A stretch of 64,000 bases of DNA from Deltaproteobacteria bacterium (GTDB lineage: Bacteria > Desulfobacterota > Syntrophobacteria > BM002): the NCBI GenBank assembly GCA_019309045.1, contig JAFDGZ010000006.1, positions 2,066 through 66,065 on the forward strand. The letters run 5' to 3'. The first letter of the stretch is position 1; each line of letters begins with the position of its first letter. Made by a program: the position numbers and the translations under genes. Shown here piece by piece: positions 39,043 through 49,152 of the stretch. The notes beneath the pieces were generated by a model that was not told the DNA's origin, did no database searches, and was given only the letters and a program-made list of their open reading frames with translations.

Positions 39043-39768
39043 ATGAGGAGAGTCATGCAAAGCTGGTCGAAGGCAGCCAGTGCGGGTCTGGGATACCTGG
39101 TGGCAGGCCCCCTCGGAGCCGTTGCAGGTTACTTGCTCGGTCGTAAAGTTACCACCAGAACCTCTCGCGAAAGAGACCAACTGCTGCTTGCCGGCCTCCT
39201 TGGCTGCGTGACCGTCCTCAGCAAGGTTGCCGGCACCACCACGGAAGAGAGGCTCTATATTGTCCATTTCCTGGGCCGGCTTCTCTGTCTCGAGGCGGCA
39301 GAGGAAAACAATCTGGAGGATCTTTTCCAGCACCTTTACTCTCTGGAGCTCGATCTGGAGACGATGTGCCGGAGTATCAGCCGTCATACCAATAAATCTA
39401 TGCGGCGGCATTTGCTGGAGATTCTTTTTCTCGTCTGCAGACTGCAGGGTGATATCAGCCGTGCTCAGCTGACCGTTCTTCGCCGCATAGCCACAATCGT
39501 CAAGCTGGACGAGCATGTCTGGCAAACGCTCTGCACACGTTATCATTCAGGAACTCCCTCCCTTGATGACGCCGTGTGCTATGCCTTGCTTGAGCTCGAA
39601 ACAGGGGCACCCTTGCCAGCGGTAAAAAAGGCCTACCGTCGTCTCGCCAAACAGCATCATCCTGACCGGCTGGCTCGGCAGGAGCCAACCTGCCGCAAGA
39701 GAGCCAGTGGCCGGATGGCCATGATCAATCACGCCTACCAAACAATTCTCCAGCAGAACACAGGATAA
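39043..39768 (+). CDS. DjlA-like co-chaperone (N-terminal TM, TerB-like region, C-terminal J domain)
   Basis: C-terminal J domain YALLELETGAPLPAVKKAYRRLAKQHHPDRL with the HPD tripeptide. The start could be the ATG at 39055. Confidence 0.7.
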   Translation: MRRVMQSWSKAASAGLGYLVAGPLGAVAGYLLGRKVTTRTSRERDQLLLAGLLGCVTVLSKVAGTTTEERLYIVHFLGRLLCLEAAEENNLEDLFQHLYSLELDLETMCRSISRHTNKSMRRHLLEILFLVCRLQGDISRAQLTVLRRIATIVKLDEHVWQTLCTRYHSGTPSLDDAVCYALLELETGAPLPAVKKAYRRLAKQHHPDRLARQEPTCRKRASGRMAMINHAYQTILQQNTG

Positions 39769-39796
39769 GATCGACCAGCCAACCTGCATTCACGGC

Positions 39797-40213
39797 TCAG
39801 CAACAGATCTCCAGGTCGCTAAAAAAGTAGCCGATCTCAAAGGCAGCTGTTTCTGTACTGTCTGAACCGTGAACAATATTCTTCTCTATATCAGTAGCAT
39901 AGTCCCGCCGAATGGTTCCTTCTGCCGCCTCTCGATAGTCTGTGGCACCCATTAACTCACGATTGGCCTTGATGGCCTCTTCACCCTCGAGAACCATCAC
40001 TACAACTGGTCCTGAACTCATAAAATCAGTAAGACTGTCAAAAAACGGTCTTTGCCGGTGCACTTGGTAAAAGCCTTCCGCCTGTTCTTTGGTCAAGCGT
40101 AACATCTTCATAGCCACTACCTTGAGACCTCTACGCTCGAATCTGCCAATCACTTCACCTATAAGTCCCCGTTCCACCCCGTCAGGCTTGATAATGGATA
40201 GTGTCCGCTCCAT
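39797..40213 (-). CDS. ndk: Nucleoside diphosphate kinase
   Basis: [13 protein letters not shown]..., active site NIVHGSDS, and an AAGGAGG RBS. Confidence 0.97.
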   Translation of the reverse strand: MERTLSIIKPDGVERGLIGEVIGRFERRGLKVVAMKMLRLTKEQAEGFYQVHRQRPFFDSLTDFMSSGPVVVMVLEGEEAIKANRELMGATDYREAAEGTIRRDYATDIEKNIVHGSDSTETAAFEIGYFFSDLEICC

Positions 40214-40447
40214 ACGACCTCCTTAACTTCCCAAGCTCTCCTCGTAAGCAGCAAGCAATCCGGACTGAAGAATTATCGCTTTAGTGCTTTATTGATAGTT
40301 GCCCACTCATCCTTGTCAAGGAAAATCTTTGTTTGTCCCTCTGTTCTAGATGCAGTGCACCGAGGAAAACCGGTTAGGATGCGAAGGTTCGATACGCAAA
40401 GAAATGTAAGTCCGAGGAAGCAGCAACGAGAACTGTGCTAACTAATC

Positions 40448-40476
40448 TTGACAGTTAGTGGCCGAGTGGCTAGTTT
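40448..40476 (+). promoter_or_regulatory. Candidate promoter for the TPR gene (TTGACA-17 nt-TAGTTT)
   Basis: Hexamers read directly. The -10 is weak. Confidence 0.3.
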
Positions 40477-40592
40477 GGTTGATACAAAATGAAACTCATT
40501 TTTAATTGAGAGTCAACGTCATATGTCCAGAGAATGAAACAACAATATGGTGCCAGATGGAGGCGCCACGTGCAGATACAGGAGAAGATAAA

Positions 40593-41111
40593 ATGAGTGA
40601 GAACATCACTGCAGTAGAAATGTTCCCCAAAGGCGCCTCTGCTCTTGCCGAGTTCAATTATATCCAGAGCATCACCGACTTGAATCGGGCAATTCGGCTC
40701 GATAAAGATTTTTCTCTTGCCTACCTGAGCCGTGGCGTAGGGAACTTGAAACTGCGAAATACTTAGAAGGCTGTGGAGGATTTCACCAGATTCGTCGACT
40801 TGAACCCCCAGGATCCAAAGGCATACCACATCAGTGGTTTGGCACGGCTGGATTGTCAAGATCCTGAGTGTGCCATTCGGGATTTTGACAAGGCAATCGA
40901 GCTTGACCCCACCTACATTGCGGCCTACCTCAGTCGGGGAACAGCTCACGCCGAAGCAGGAACCAATGACAAGGCCCAGGAGGACCTCTCTATTGCCACC
41001 ACAATGGCCGAGAGGGTCGCCTTTGACTTCATGATGAAGTACAACATCTCATGGCGGGGTTATGTGGATGATGTAGAAGGAGAGGACATATTTGCCGGCT
41101 CGGGCGAGTGA
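40593..41111 (+). pseudogene. TPR-repeat protein gene interrupted by one in-frame TAG (40764-40766)
   Basis: Track ORFs 40506..40766 and 40773..41111 share one frame. TPR repeats continue across the stop (AYLSRGVGNLKLRNT*KAVEDFTRFVDLNPQDPKAYH...). AGGAG RBS precedes the ATG at 40593. Confidence 0.55.
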
Positions 41112-41396
41112 GATGTATCTCAATTCGTAGCTCTAACCCGTTACAAGAATACGGCTTTTCAGAACATCAAGTCACTGAAACTGGAAGGCAGAAACTAGCT
41201 ACATCCCACTTTCATTTTTGCGGCCAGTCAGAGGAAATTTGGCAGGCGCAGGACATGACCAAAACTGAAATTCCCCTTCAGGCAGAGTTACGTAGATGGG
41301 AGCAACACTTTATCCTTGGGCCTCGCATGTCGAAGTTCCTAGGGGAAGTATATTTTTAATAATCAGCAGTGTAACTAATTGATCCCGGAGGATTAA

Positions 41397-41750
41397 ATGC
41401 CTGACCAAGATTTGCCTCAAGCCAGTTCCAAAGAGAGGATCCTTGCCACCATAGCCAACAAGAAAGACCCTACACAATTGGTGGAAATAGTCCACCTCCC
41501 TGACAAGCAGCTCTTTGTCACCCGGGGAATTTCCCATAATTTCCACATCAAGGAAATCGCCATTCCCCAAGGTCACATGCTTGCTGAGATTCACGTGGTC
41601 ACTAAACTCCTCTCCTATCTCCTGGAGCGCATTGCCGACGCAGCAGACTTCAACCTACTTTTTCGCTACAGTAACGATTTCGAATTTGACAATCGTAGAT
41701 ACCACTTCCAAGAAATTGACGATTACCTGCTCCTGCTTGCCGTAGACTAG
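41397..41750 (+). CDS. Hypothetical protein (117 aa)
   Basis: ORF preceded by a GGAGG RBS. No family recognised. Confidence 0.5.
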   Translation: MPDQDLPQASSKERILATIANKKDPTQLVEIVHLPDKQLFVTRGISHNFHIKEIAIPQGHMLAEIHVVTKLLSYLLERIADAADFNLLFRYSNDFEFDNRRYHFQEIDDYLLLLAVD

Positions 41751-41922
41751 CGATTCCGATCATGGACGCTCGGCGAGCTCCATCCACCCCTCCCTTGGCG
41801 ACTACCACCCAACTTGGCTGTTGCAGTCCTCCAATTCCCCATGAAGACATGACCGCAGCGCCGTTTCGGAAGTGTAAGCATTGTCATTGGCCGCAACAGA
41901 TTCACAGTCTTTGCAAAAGCAT

Positions 41923-41979
41923 GCACACGGAAAAAAGAGATCCGGCACTTGGGTGCCGGATCTCTTTTTTTCCGTGTGC
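41923..41979. terminator. Bidirectional intrinsic terminator between the hypothetical gene (+) and qmoC (-)
   Basis: Near-perfect long palindrome GCACACGGAAAAAAGAGATCCGGCAC-TTGG-GTGCCGGATCTCTTTTTTTCCGTGTGC. It has a GC-rich core stem flanked by A-run and T-run, 9 nt beyond the qmoC stop. Confidence 0.8.
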
Positions 41980-41987
41980 TTCAAACC

Positions 41988-43370
41988 TTATTCTTTCTGA
42001 CTTTCCTCCTGTGCAGGTGCTGTCTGAGCATCCACTTCATCCCCCACCGCTTCCGCCTCGGCCTTTGCCAAGGTCTCCCCCGATGGTATTCCCTCAGGAG
42101 CAGGGACTGCTACCGAACTGTTCACCTCAATGCCAAAAGGTCTATCAATATAGGCTGCATAGCCCATGGCTGCAGTTCGGTAGACCAGATGAGCGAGCTT
42201 GCTGTACGGAAGATAAGCAATGATATAGAAAACGCAGACCAGATGAATAAAGTACATGGGATAGGCAATTCCTGCAAGCCCCGACAAACGTGATAGCCAT
42301 GAGAGGAACCCTGTGATTGCTACTACCAGGATGGCTATGATCAGAGACCAATCTAGGTATGTTGTGGTACTCTCCGCCGTCTTCGGCTTCCGCCTGTTGG
42401 CAATCACCAAAATAATACCCGACAGCAAAGATACGCCTGACGCCAAGGCAAATAGCTTTATCGGATTAAAAAATGGGTAGGGAGGGGCCAGAAAATCGCT
42501 CCGGACGATGTAAAGCCCAAGAAATCCTATGCTGGTGACAATAAAAAGCCCCACGAAGCCATAAAGAGTCAAAAGGTGGGCCCAATAGCGATCCCGATTG
42601 GTGGTGCAGAGCTTGAACTTGCTGTGCAATAGAATAGTCGGTATTACCGAGACCAGACTCTTGAGGTAGTCATTTATCACCAGCGGCTTATCTTCGGCAT
42701 AGCCCTCGCGAATTGCATTGCTGTGAATTCCCTGAATAAAATTATTGAGTCCAAAGCCAAAGGAAACCATGGCAAGAGTACTCATGACAATAAAGATGCT
42801 GTCAACAAGGTAGTGAGGAAAAAAGCGGGCAAACTCTATTTCACCCTCCGGTATGTGGAGATGTCCTGTCAGCGACAGCAAGAACAAGAAAAGCAGTACA
42901 GGAATTCCCAGCATGACTGGGAGGTACTTGGCTTCACCCACAACCTTGCCCATGAAACTGGGAAAAGCAAAGTACCTGAAACTGAGGGCGCGAATGGCAC
43001 GCAACACATCGCCAGGTCTGGCGCCCCTAGGACAGTAAGTGGAGCAGTCATTACAATAGTGACAGAGCCAAATATCCACATCGTTCAGCAACCTGTCTCT
43101 AAGGCCCCACTGGGAGTAGATCATCTCTTTACGGGGATACGGTTTTTCATCCGGAGACAGGGCGCAGACTACTGAGCAGGTGGCACATTGAAAGCACTTT
43201 TTCAGAGTGTCTCCGCCCGCTTTCTTCACCTCGCGAATAAATTCGAGATCGGGTTCTAACAAGGTCACTGGCCTTTTTTCAACCGCTGCCTCGCCTTCCC
43301 TCACCGTCTCGCTCTCCACCGCAGCCTTGATCCCTTCTTGCACCGCGGACTCTTCTGCCATTTGTTCCAC
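41988..43370 (-). CDS. qmoC: Quinone-interacting membrane-bound oxidoreductase subunit QmoC
   Basis: N-terminal HdrC-like FeS motifs (CFQCATCSVVC, CHYCNDCSTYCPRGARP) followed by HdrE-like TM helices. Lies downstream of qmoAB and aprBA. Confidence 0.85.
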   Translation of the reverse strand: MEQMAEESAVQEGIKAAVESETVREGEAAVEKRPVTLLEPDLEFIREVKKAGGDTLKKCFQCATCSVVCALSPDEKPYPRKEMIYSQWGLRDRLLNDVDIWLCHYCNDCSTYCPRGARPGDVLRAIRALSFRYFAFPSFMGKVVGEAKYLPVMLGIPVLLFLFLLSLTGHLHIPEGEIEFARFFPHYLVDSIFIVMSTLAMVSFGFGLNNFIQGIHSNAIREGYAEDKPLVINDYLKSLVSVIPTILLHSKFKLCTTNRDRYWAHLLTLYGFVGLFIVTSIGFLGLYIVRSDFLAPPYPFFNPIKLFALASGVSLLSGIILVIANRRKPKTAESTTTYLDWSLIIAILVVAITGFLSWLSRLSGLAGIAYPMYFIHLVCVFYIIAYLPYSKLAHLVYRTAAMGYAAYIDRPFGIEVNSSVAVPAPEGIPSGETLAKAEAEAVGDEVDAQTAPAQEESQKE

Positions 43371-43481
43371 CTCCTCGTGCTCTGCCTCGCAAGTGGGTCG
43401 TTGTAAAGTGTCAGCTTTTTCTCATTGTTCAACAGCAGTCCTGAAGAGATAACTTCTGCAAAAAATTCATAATTCGAGCAA

Positions 43482-45815
43482 CTAGAATCCCTTAAATGGG
43501 TTCGGGCCGATCTCTTCCATGGTTTCCATAAACTCAGCTATCATCCCTGGAAGCTTATCGTATTCGTCTATAGCGATTTCTTTTTGTTGTACACGCTCCT
43601 TTTCGAGAGCCAAGCTCTTCAAGGCCTCACCGATCTTGTCCATGCGGATATCCGCCAATTCACTCCCCTTGATCATGTGGCACTGATAGTCGTCACCATA
43701 TTTGCAACCGATCATCAAAATGCCGTCAATCCCCTTAGCGAGTGAATCTTTGATCCAGACCACATTCACCGACCCAAGGCACCGTACAGGAATGACCCTA
43801 ACATAGGGCGAGTAGGTCAAGCCATTCAAACCGCAAATATCCAGGGCCGGGTAGGCGTCATTCTCACAAGCCAGGACAAGAATCCGGGGTTTCTCATCAT
43901 ACTCTTCTGGAACCTCGATAGCCTTAATCATGGATGAGATATTGTCAATGCTATAATCGGCAAAGTTGATGATCCGCTCCGGACAGGCCCCCATGCAGAT
44001 ACCGCATCTACGGCAACGCGTCGGATTGGGAAGCGGGGTTCCTTTCTCATCATCATCTAGGGCTCCAAATGGACATTCCTCGGTGCAGCGCTTGCACTGG
44101 GTACACCTCTGAAAGTAAAAATCAGGATAGGTCATATCCCCAGATCTCGGGTGAACGGCCACACCTCGGTTGGCGGATTCTAGACACTGGATGGCCTTGA
44201 GCGCCGCCCCGGCCGCATCCTCCATGCATTCAGGGATGCTCATGGACCTCCTGACCGTACCCACCGTATAGATACCGGTTCTACGGGTTTCATATGGGAA
44301 ACAGATGAAGTTCGAATCCGCATAGCCCTCAAATAAATCTAGATCCCTAAACCCCGGTCCTTGGCGGTAGGCAAGTTGCATTATCGGATCATCCCTAGTC
44401 GTAGGCACCATACCTGTGCCCAGAACCACCATATCTACATTTACCTTGATTCTTTCTCCCAGGAGAGTATCATTGGCCTCCAATTCTAGCGTACCATCGC
44501 CATTGCCAGACACACTTACCACATCTCCTTTGGTGAGAAAAACCCCTTCATCGTCTTGGGCACTCTTGTAAAAGTACTCATTCAGGCCAAGCGTACGCAT
44601 ATGTTGGTAGAAAATATAAGCCTTAGCCTCTTTGTTATCTTCCCGCACATATTTGGCCTGCTTCAGGGCCACAAGGCTGGTAACGGCGGCAGCATAGGGA
44701 AAATCTGCATCACTTCCCTGCCCTGGGGATTGGATGAAGGCGATGCTCTGTACAGGTTTTCCATCAGAGGGGCGGACGATCTTGCCTTTGGCAGCCATCT
44801 CTTCCAGAGCCACGTTGGTCACCACATTGGGCGACTTGCCGAACCCCAGATGTTCGAATTCACCCTCTGCCGGCTCATACGGTTTCCAACCCGTGGCTAG
44901 AACTACTGCGCCAAAACGCTCGGCCTCGGGATTCTGAAGCAGGATATTGCACGGGTTGTCAGGGGTTGCTTCTTCAATACTAGCTGCCCCGGCCTCGGGT
45001 ATTTCTTCACCCTTTGCTTCCAACTCGGCTTTCTCCTCTTCCGACAAGTCTTGAGGTATATCCCAGACGCTCTTGGTCCCCGCTTTCTTCAAAGTAACAT
45101 CGAAAAGACCAGGGGCCCCCGCTATCCGCGCCACCTCCACGCCGGTACGAATGGTAATCTTCTCATGGGCCTCGGCTTCTTTTATAATCTTATCTATAAT
45201 AGGGTCTTGTAGTGACTCGTACGGTGCAGACCACGGGACTTGTTTCCGCAATTTGGCAGCGTAGCCACCCAAAGCTTCTGACTTCTCAATAACCGTTGTC
45301 TCATAGCCCGCCCTGGCCGCTTCGAGTGCAGCGCTCAAACCTGAAACTCCACCTCCCAGCACGAGGATTTTCTTGGTAATCTCAGCCTCGTAGGGTTCAG
45401 GCGGCACCGTCCTCTGAGCCTTGGCTATACCCATGCGCAGATAGTCCTCAGCCATTTCCTGGATCAGTTCATAGGGATCCTCCACATCTGGTGGTGCTTC
45501 CTCACCTTCCTCGATAGGTTTGTGGCTCCAGACAACACCTTCCCTTAGGTTGACACGTTCCACCACAATGCCATGGCCGAAGTTGAACACATCGTAAAGC
45601 ACACGTCGTGAGCAGGCGGCGATGACAACGGTGTTCACTCCTTCGTTCTCAAGATCCTGCTTTATGAGATCTACACCTTCTGGTGAGCACATGGTAGGAT
45701 GCACCCTGCAGGGCTCTATGTTCATGTCGGCGGCAACCCCCTCCAGGCCGTCTATCTTGAGAGCCTCTCCAAGCCCACAACCTTGGCAGATATAAACACC
45801 TAACTTGTTTTCCAT
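43482..45815 (-). CDS. qmoB: Quinone-interacting membrane-bound oxidoreductase subunit QmoB
   Basis: HdrA-like FAD motif (ILVLGGGVSGLSAALEAARAG), two ferredoxin motifs (CTQCKRCTEECP, CRRCGICMGACP) and an MvhD-like C-terminus. ATG at 45815 follows GGAGG; the track start 45917 is an upstream extension overlapping qmoA. Confidence 0.9.
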   Translation of the reverse strand: MENKLGVYICQGCGLGEALKIDGLEGVAADMNIEPCRVHPTMCSPEGVDLIKQDLENEGVNTVVIAACSRRVLYDVFNFGHGIVVERVNLREGVVWSHKPIEEGEEAPPDVEDPYELIQEMAEDYLRMGIAKAQRTVPPEPYEAEITKKILVLGGGVSGLSAALEAARAGYETTVIEKSEALGGYAAKLRKQVPWSAPYESLQDPIIDKIIKEAEAHEKITIRTGVEVARIAGAPGLFDVTLKKAGTKSVWDIPQDLSEEEKAELEAKGEEIPEAGAASIEEATPDNPCNILLQNPEAERFGAVVLATGWKPYEPAEGEFEHLGFGKSPNVVTNVALEEMAAKGKIVRPSDGKPVQSIAFIQSPGQGSDADFPYAAAVTSLVALKQAKYVREDNKEAKAYIFYQHMRTLGLNEYFYKSAQDDEGVFLTKGDVVSVSGNGDGTLELEANDTLLGERIKVNVDMVVLGTGMVPTTRDDPIMQLAYRQGPGFRDLDLFEGYADSNFICFPYETRRTGIYTVGTVRRSMSIPECMEDAAGAALKAIQCLESANRGVAVHPRSGDMTYPDFYFQRCTQCKRCTEECPFGALDDDEKGTPLPNPTRCRRCGICMGACPERIINFADYSIDNISSMIKAIEVPEEYDEKPRILVLACENDAYPALDICGLNGLTYSPYVRVIPVRCLGSVNVVWIKDSLAKGIDGILMIGCKYGDDYQCHMIKGSELADIRMDKIGEALKSLALEKERVQQKEIAIDEYDKLPGMIAEFMETMEEIGPNPFKGF

Positions 45816-45826
45816 TTGGCTACCTC

Positions 45827-47110
45827 CTACCCGCTCACTATTGTCTGAATAGCCTTCAGGGCCATCCCGGTGGCATGCTGATTGGACGAGACCACATCCA
45901 GCGGTTTCACGGCGCAACCTGTGGCAAACATGCCACCTTTTTCGAGATCAGAGATTACAAAACCATCAGGGTCGTACGCCACATCACACGGCAGTTTGGT
46001 CTCCGCGGTGTTGGGCTCCATCCCAGTGGCGAGTACAGCCATGTCCACCTGCTGCTCGATCTTGGCCCCGGTGACCGCGTTTTCCGCCACCACAGTAATA
46101 TTCTTGCTTCCGGTCTCTTCCCGAACCTCGGCTACCTTGCCCTTAATGAGGAAGATGTTTTCGTCTTCTTTGATCCTCCGATAAAACTTTTCGTAGCGAT
46201 GCCCAGGCGCCCTGATATCAATGTAAAAAACATAGACCTTGGCCTCTGGATATTGTTCTCTCACGTAAAGGGCCTGCTTGAGAGATGCCATGCAGCATAT
46301 ATAAGAGCAGTACGGCAGGTGGTTCTCATCTCGTGAACCGGCACATTGTACGAAGGCAATACTGGATATTTCGGCGTTGTCTGACGGGCGCACGATTTTC
46401 CCATTAGTGGGGCCATTAGGAGCGGCCAATCGTTCCATCATCATATTAGTAATCACGTTATCGTACTCGAAGCCAAGATTGTCTATCTTAGCCGCATCGT
46501 AAGGTCTCCAGCCTGTTGCCCAAATGATGGCAGCTACTTTCAAAGTGATGCTCTTAGGCTGCATATCGAGGTCAATCGCATCGTACTTGCACGCCTCCAG
46601 ACACCGTTGGGCGTCTTCGGTGCCGATAATCTCACGAGAAAGTACATACCGCATGGGAAACGCCATTTCATGGGGAAGATATGCCGCTTTCCGATTATCC
46701 ATGCCAAAATTGAATTCATTGGAGACTTCCATGGTGCACGCCTTGGCGCACTCACCGCAACAAGTACACTTTTCGTTTACGTAACGGGGATTCAATCTTA
46801 TCTTGACATCGTAGTTGCCGGGTCGGCCGGCAACGCTCTCCACCTCTGCCAGGGTAAAGAACTTGATCCTGGGATTATCCTTGATCCTGCGAAAATTGAT
46901 TTCGAGCCCACAGGTGGGAGGACATAGCTTGGGAAAATAATGGCGTAGCTGCGCGACCCTGCCGCCCAGATAGGGATTCTTCTCCACTAGAAACACCTCG
47001 TAGCCCACCTCCGCAGCTTCGAGGGTGGCAGTCAAGCCACTAATGCCTCCCCCCACAACCAAGATGCTCCCCATCTTAGCTGCATCCTCCGGTCTCTGTG
47101 CCTCTGCCAT
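45827..47110 (-). CDS. qmoA: Quinone-interacting membrane-bound oxidoreductase subunit QmoA
   Basis: HdrA-like flavoprotein (ILVVGGGISGLTATLEAAEVG). ATG at 47110 follows GGGAGG; the track start is 47176. Confidence 0.9.
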   Translation of the reverse strand: MAEAQRPEDAAKMGSILVVGGGISGLTATLEAAEVGYEVFLVEKNPYLGGRVAQLRHYFPKLCPPTCGLEINFRRIKDNPRIKFFTLAEVESVAGRPGNYDVKIRLNPRYVNEKCTCCGECAKACTMEVSNEFNFGMDNRKAAYLPHEMAFPMRYVLSREIIGTEDAQRCLEACKYDAIDLDMQPKSITLKVAAIIWATGWRPYDAAKIDNLGFEYDNVITNMMMERLAAPNGPTNGKIVRPSDNAEISSIAFVQCAGSRDENHLPYCSYICCMASLKQALYVREQYPEAKVYVFYIDIRAPGHRYEKFYRRIKEDENIFLIKGKVAEVREETGSKNITVVAENAVTGAKIEQQVDMAVLATGMEPNTAETKLPCDVAYDPDGFVISDLEKGGMFATGCAVKPLDVVSSNQHATGMALKAIQTIVSG

Positions 47111-47128
47111 GCTATTCCTCCCTGTCGC

Positions 47129-47163
47129 AAAAAATCTCCAGACGCCGCGTACGGCGTCTGGAG
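47129..47163 (-). terminator. Intrinsic terminator/attenuator between aprA and qmoA
   Basis: On the minus strand: 12-bp GC-rich stem CTCCAGACGCCG-TACG-CGGCGTCTGGAG followed by ATTTTTTG. Located in the 74-nt aprA-qmoA spacer. Confidence 0.65.
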
Positions 47164-47184
47164 GGTTGACATCCACTTACGAGG

Positions 47185-49137
47185 CTACATACCTACGACT
47201 TCTTTAATATCCACTAGGTGGATGATGGGTCTGGTGAGCATGGTGAACTCGTCCTTCTCTGCATCGTAAACCGAGTTCACGAACACTTTGCCCCATTTCT
47301 CTTCATCCATCTTGGGGAAATCTCTGCGGTAGTAATAGCCCGGCCACCTGGTTTCCTCGCGGTACAGTTTATGCCTAGTATGGGCCTCCGCAAGTAAGGT
47401 GCGATGGACATTCTCCCAGCACCGCATGAGCTCATGGAGGTTGCGAGCCGCCAGCTTACTGAGATCCTCCTTGAGCAACTGTAGCAGATCCAGGGCGATG
47501 TTCAACGTCGTGGCAGTACAATTGTACTGGGAACCCCAGCCGGCCACATACTCGTCCATGATCTTGTTCAGGCGAAAGATGGCCATCTTGGGGGTAATGT
47601 AGTAAGGATTCACCTCTTCCACCGGAAGGTCGTACTTTTTATTGGTAGTTCCCAGGGTTGTGTATGCTTTATGTTCTTCATAAATCTTCAGCGGTTGAAT
47701 AATCTTTTCCTTGAGCTTGGCAACCTCCGCCTCATCAATCTCTGGCATCTCCGGGTTCTCCACGATGTATTTGACCGCCGCCTTGGCTGCGATCCGTCCC
47801 TCAGTGAAGGAACCGGAAGAAAACTTGTGGCTGGAGTTGCCCACACCGTCCCCGGCCGAGAAAAGACCATTGATTGTGGTCATACGGTTATAACCCCAAA
47901 AGTACTCGCTCTTGGATTCCGCGGTCTGCAGATCCTCTGGCCCGCTCACCCAGGCCCCAGAGGCTCCGGAATGGGAACCGATAAAATAGGGCTCAGATGG
48001 CATGATCTCCGAAGGTCCCTTTTCAGGGAACACATCCCTGGCAGCCCAAAGTACGGCCTGGCTGATGGTCATATCCAAGAAATCCTCCCAGGCCTCGGCC
48101 TCGAGTTCCTTCAGTCTCTTTTTCCTGGTTCTCTCATCCGGCGCTTCATCAGCGATCTTGGCAATGGCCTTGTCCGTGTGGATGAGAATGGGGCCATTGC
48201 CTTTCTCAAACATTTCGATCATCATAAGATGATTCCTGAGACAGGTGGGAATCGGTTTCACCTTCCCATAAGGAGGCCAATTGTGCAGTTCTCCTCCTTC
48301 AGCCAGACCTTCGCCCATATAATTGAAGCCATCGGCCGCAGTTGCCGTAGCCTTGAAGAGCAGGAACCACGCGCCAACCGGACCATAGCCGTCCTTGAAC
48401 CTGGCAGGAACGAATATCACCTCTTGGGAGCTCATCTCAGCGCCTGCCATGGTGGTCAGATAGGAGGATGAGCCAGCATTCCAGGGCGGATACCAGGCCC
48501 GGCCCAGACCTTCACCCGTCGAACGCGGCCTGAAGATGTGTACAGCACCGCCGGCGACCACAAGGCAGGCCTTGAATTTAAACACATAGATCTTTGGCTC
48601 CCTGACGCTGAAGCCGATGGCGCCGGCCACCCTCTTCTTATCGTTCTTGTCCAGAAGAAGCTGAACCACAAAAACGCGCTCGATAATATTGTCCATGCCG
48701 ATGGCGTTCTTCCCGGCCTCGGCAACTATGGCCTTGTAGGACTCGCCATTGATCATGAGCTGCCAACGGCCCTCATGCACATAGTTCCCTTGCTCATCTT
48801 TCCAGATGGGCAGTCCGAAACCTTCGTACATATGCACAGTGCCGTTTACGTGCCTGGAAATATCCATGACCAGGTCGTCACGGCAGAGACCCATGAGGTC
48901 CTGTCGAACGTAGCTGAGGTAATCAACAGGCGTGTTCTCACCCTGGTACTGGTTGATGGCGGAAAGACCCATTGCCACAGCACCGCTGCGCTCCATGGCC
49001 GCCTTGTCTACCACCGTGACCTGCACATTGTTCTGCTTGGCCCAGTAGCCGGCCTCCACGCAAGCACCTGAGCCCGCCATGCCAGCACCGATGATCAGTA
49101 GATCAGTGGTGACCTCTACAGTTTCGAAAGCTTGCAT
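47185..49137 (-). CDS. aprA: Adenylylsulfate (APS) reductase alpha subunit
   Basis: FAD motif DLLIIGAGMAGSGACVEA. Full-length AprA-like flavoprotein directly downstream of aprB and upstream of qmoABC. Confidence 0.95.
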   Translation of the reverse strand: MQAFETVEVTTDLLIIGAGMAGSGACVEAGYWAKQNNVQVTVVDKAAMERSGAVAMGLSAINQYQGENTPVDYLSYVRQDLMGLCRDDLVMDISRHVNGTVHMYEGFGLPIWKDEQGNYVHEGRWQLMINGESYKAIVAEAGKNAIGMDNIIERVFVVQLLLDKNDKKRVAGAIGFSVREPKIYVFKFKACLVVAGGAVHIFRPRSTGEGLGRAWYPPWNAGSSSYLTTMAGAEMSSQEVIFVPARFKDGYGPVGAWFLLFKATATAADGFNYMGEGLAEGGELHNWPPYGKVKPIPTCLRNHLMMIEMFEKGNGPILIHTDKAIAKIADEAPDERTRKKRLKELEAEAWEDFLDMTISQAVLWAARDVFPEKGPSEIMPSEPYFIGSHSGASGAWVSGPEDLQTAESKSEYFWGYNRMTTINGLFSAGDGVGNSSHKFSSGSFTEGRIAAKAAVKYIVENPEMPEIDEAEVAKLKEKIIQPLKIYEEHKAYTTLGTTNKKYDLPVEEVNPYYITPKMAIFRLNKIMDEYVAGWGSQYNCTATTLNIALDLLQLLKEDLSKLAARNLHELMRCWENVHRTLLAEAHTRHKLYREETRWPGYYYRRDFPKMDEEKWGKVFVNSVYDAEKDEFTMLTRPIIHLVDIKEVVGM

Positions 49138-49152
49138 ATCTCCTCCCCTCCT

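Noticed and set aside
40408-40427. AAGTCCGAGGAAGCAGCAAC, which resembles the SRP (4.5S) RNA domain IV motif GUCCGGAAGGAAGCAGCC
   Set aside because: The GGAA tetraloop and its closing pairs are not present. I could not fold the flanks into the long SRP helix.
40764-40766. In-frame TAG in the TPR gene read as pyrrolysine
   Set aside because: There are no pyl genes in the window. The position aligns with ordinary Glu/Asp in sister repeats, and a TPR scaffold has no known need for Pyl. A nonsense mutation or sequencing error is more parsimonious.
40470-40949. 159-aa minus-strand ORF overlapping the TPR gene
   Set aside because: The plus frame shows regular 34-residue TPR repeats and an RBS. The minus frame has no features.
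43482-45917. N-terminal extensions of track ORFs (for example qmoB to 45917, qmoA to 47176, comEC from 30557, the 17639..18871 ORF, and the YkgJ paralog from 51487)
   Set aside because: The extensions begin at non-ATG codons without an RBS and overlap upstream genes. In-frame ATGs with good Shine-Dalgarno sequences give family-typical N-termini.
47671-49071. Plus-strand ORFs 47671..48471 (266 aa) and 48538..49071 (177 aa) opposite aprA
   Set aside because: They are antisense to the full-length APS reductase alpha subunit.
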